Assembly (NCBI RefSeq): GCF_035084215.1
Contig: NC_090349.1
Location: 9,982,001 to 10,046,000, forward strand
DNA length: 64,000 nt
Direction of reading: 5' to 3'
DNA from: Heptranchias perlo
Lineage: Eukaryota
Below the pieces are notes generated by a model. It was not told the origin of the DNA. It saw only the letters and a program-made list of their open reading frames with translations, and ran no database searches. Numbering within the stretch: position 1 is the stretch's first letter; every line of letters begins with the position of its first letter. This document shows, in pieces, positions 63,070 to 64,000 of the stretch. Made by a program: the position numbers and the translations under genes.

Positions 63070-64000
63070 ATGGCAGCAGACCTCGCACCCGTGATTTGCC
63101 CCTCCTGCAAGATGTGGGAAGTCATGGACACTACCAATGTCCCTGCCGACCATGTGTGCAGGAAGTGTGTCCACCTGCAGCTACTGACCGATCGTATCTC
63201 GGAGCTGGAGCTGCGGGTGGACTCACTGTGGAGCATCCGCGATGCAGAGAAACTCGTGGATAGCACGTTTAGCGAGTTGGTCACACCGCAGGTAAAGGGA
63301 GTAGAGGCAGGAAGTGAATGGGTGACCACCAGGCAGAGTAAGAGGTGCAGGCAGGTAGTGCAGGGGTCCCCTGTGGCCATCCCCCTCTCAAACAGGTATA
63401 CCATTTTGGATACTGTTGGGGGTGATGGCTCACCAGGGGAAGGTGGCAGCGGCCAGGTTCATGGCACCGTGGCTGGCTCTGCTGCACAGGAGGGCAGGAA
63501 AAAGAGTGGCAGAGCTATAGTGTTAGGGGACTCGATTGTAAGGGGAATAGACAGGCGTTTCTGCGGATGCAACCGAGACTCCAGGGTGGTATGTTGCCTC
63601 CCTGGTGCAAGGGTCAGGGATGTCTCGGAGCGGCTGCAGGGCATTCTGGAGGGGGAGGGTGAACAGCCAGTTGTCGTGGTGCATATAGGTACCAACGATA
63701 TAGGTAAAAAACGGGATGAGGTCCTACAAGCTGAATTTAGGGAGTTAGGAGTTAAACTAAAAAGTAGGACCTCAAAGGTAGTAATCTCAGGATTGCTACC
63801 AGTGCCACGGGCTAGTCAGAGTAGGAATGACAGGATAGCTAAGATGAATACGTGGCTTGAGAGATGGTGCAAGAGGGAGGGATTCAAATTCCTGGGCCAT
63901 TGGAAACGGTTCTGGGGGAGGTGGGACCAGTACAAATTGGACGGTCTGCATCTAGGCAGGACTGGAACCAATGTCCTAGGGGGAGTGTTTGCTAGTGTTG
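63070..64000 (+). mobile_element. CR1 LINE ORF1 (zinc/leucine zipper and SGNH esterase), open to the window end
   Basis: MAADLAPVICPSCKMWE...VCRKCVHLQLLTDRISELELRV...IVLGDSIVRG...CLPGARV...VHIGTNDI...DGLHL; no stop in about 310 codons. Confidence 0.92.

Overview
Eukaryotic, repeat-rich DNA from a cartilaginous fish (shark-like; inferred from the light-chain sequence, the cluster organisation and the CR1/L2/Penelope/Deu-SINE repeat content). The window holds part of an immunoglobulin lambda-like (type II) light-chain multicluster locus. Two apparently intact minus-strand clusters have the layout promoter-leader-(germline-joined VJ)-C: cluster A (L 14579-14627, VJ 14104-14445, C 10584-10906) and cluster B (L 51126-51174, VJ 50662-50991, C 48083-48405). 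Both have canonical GT/AG phase-1 splice sites and no RSS between V and J. Two orphan C-exon pseudogenes are also present (22208-22523 on +, 38259-38561 on -). The clusters lie in a roughly 8-15 kb segmental-duplication unit that also carries Harbinger transposon remnants. The rest is CR1 and L2 LINEs (some nested three deep), Deu-domain SINEs, palindromic MITEs, a Penelope element with a minimal hammerhead ribozyme, a solo LTR, a 33-bp minisatellite and an intact CR1 ORF1 running off the right edge. Germline-joined shark lambda genes are established biology. The locus-specific details (CDR3 of 5 vs 9 aa, J-Phe to Ile, paired octamers, a templated inversion, fold-backs) were read by eye. Transposon boundaries are approximate. 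I found no convincing wholly new system.
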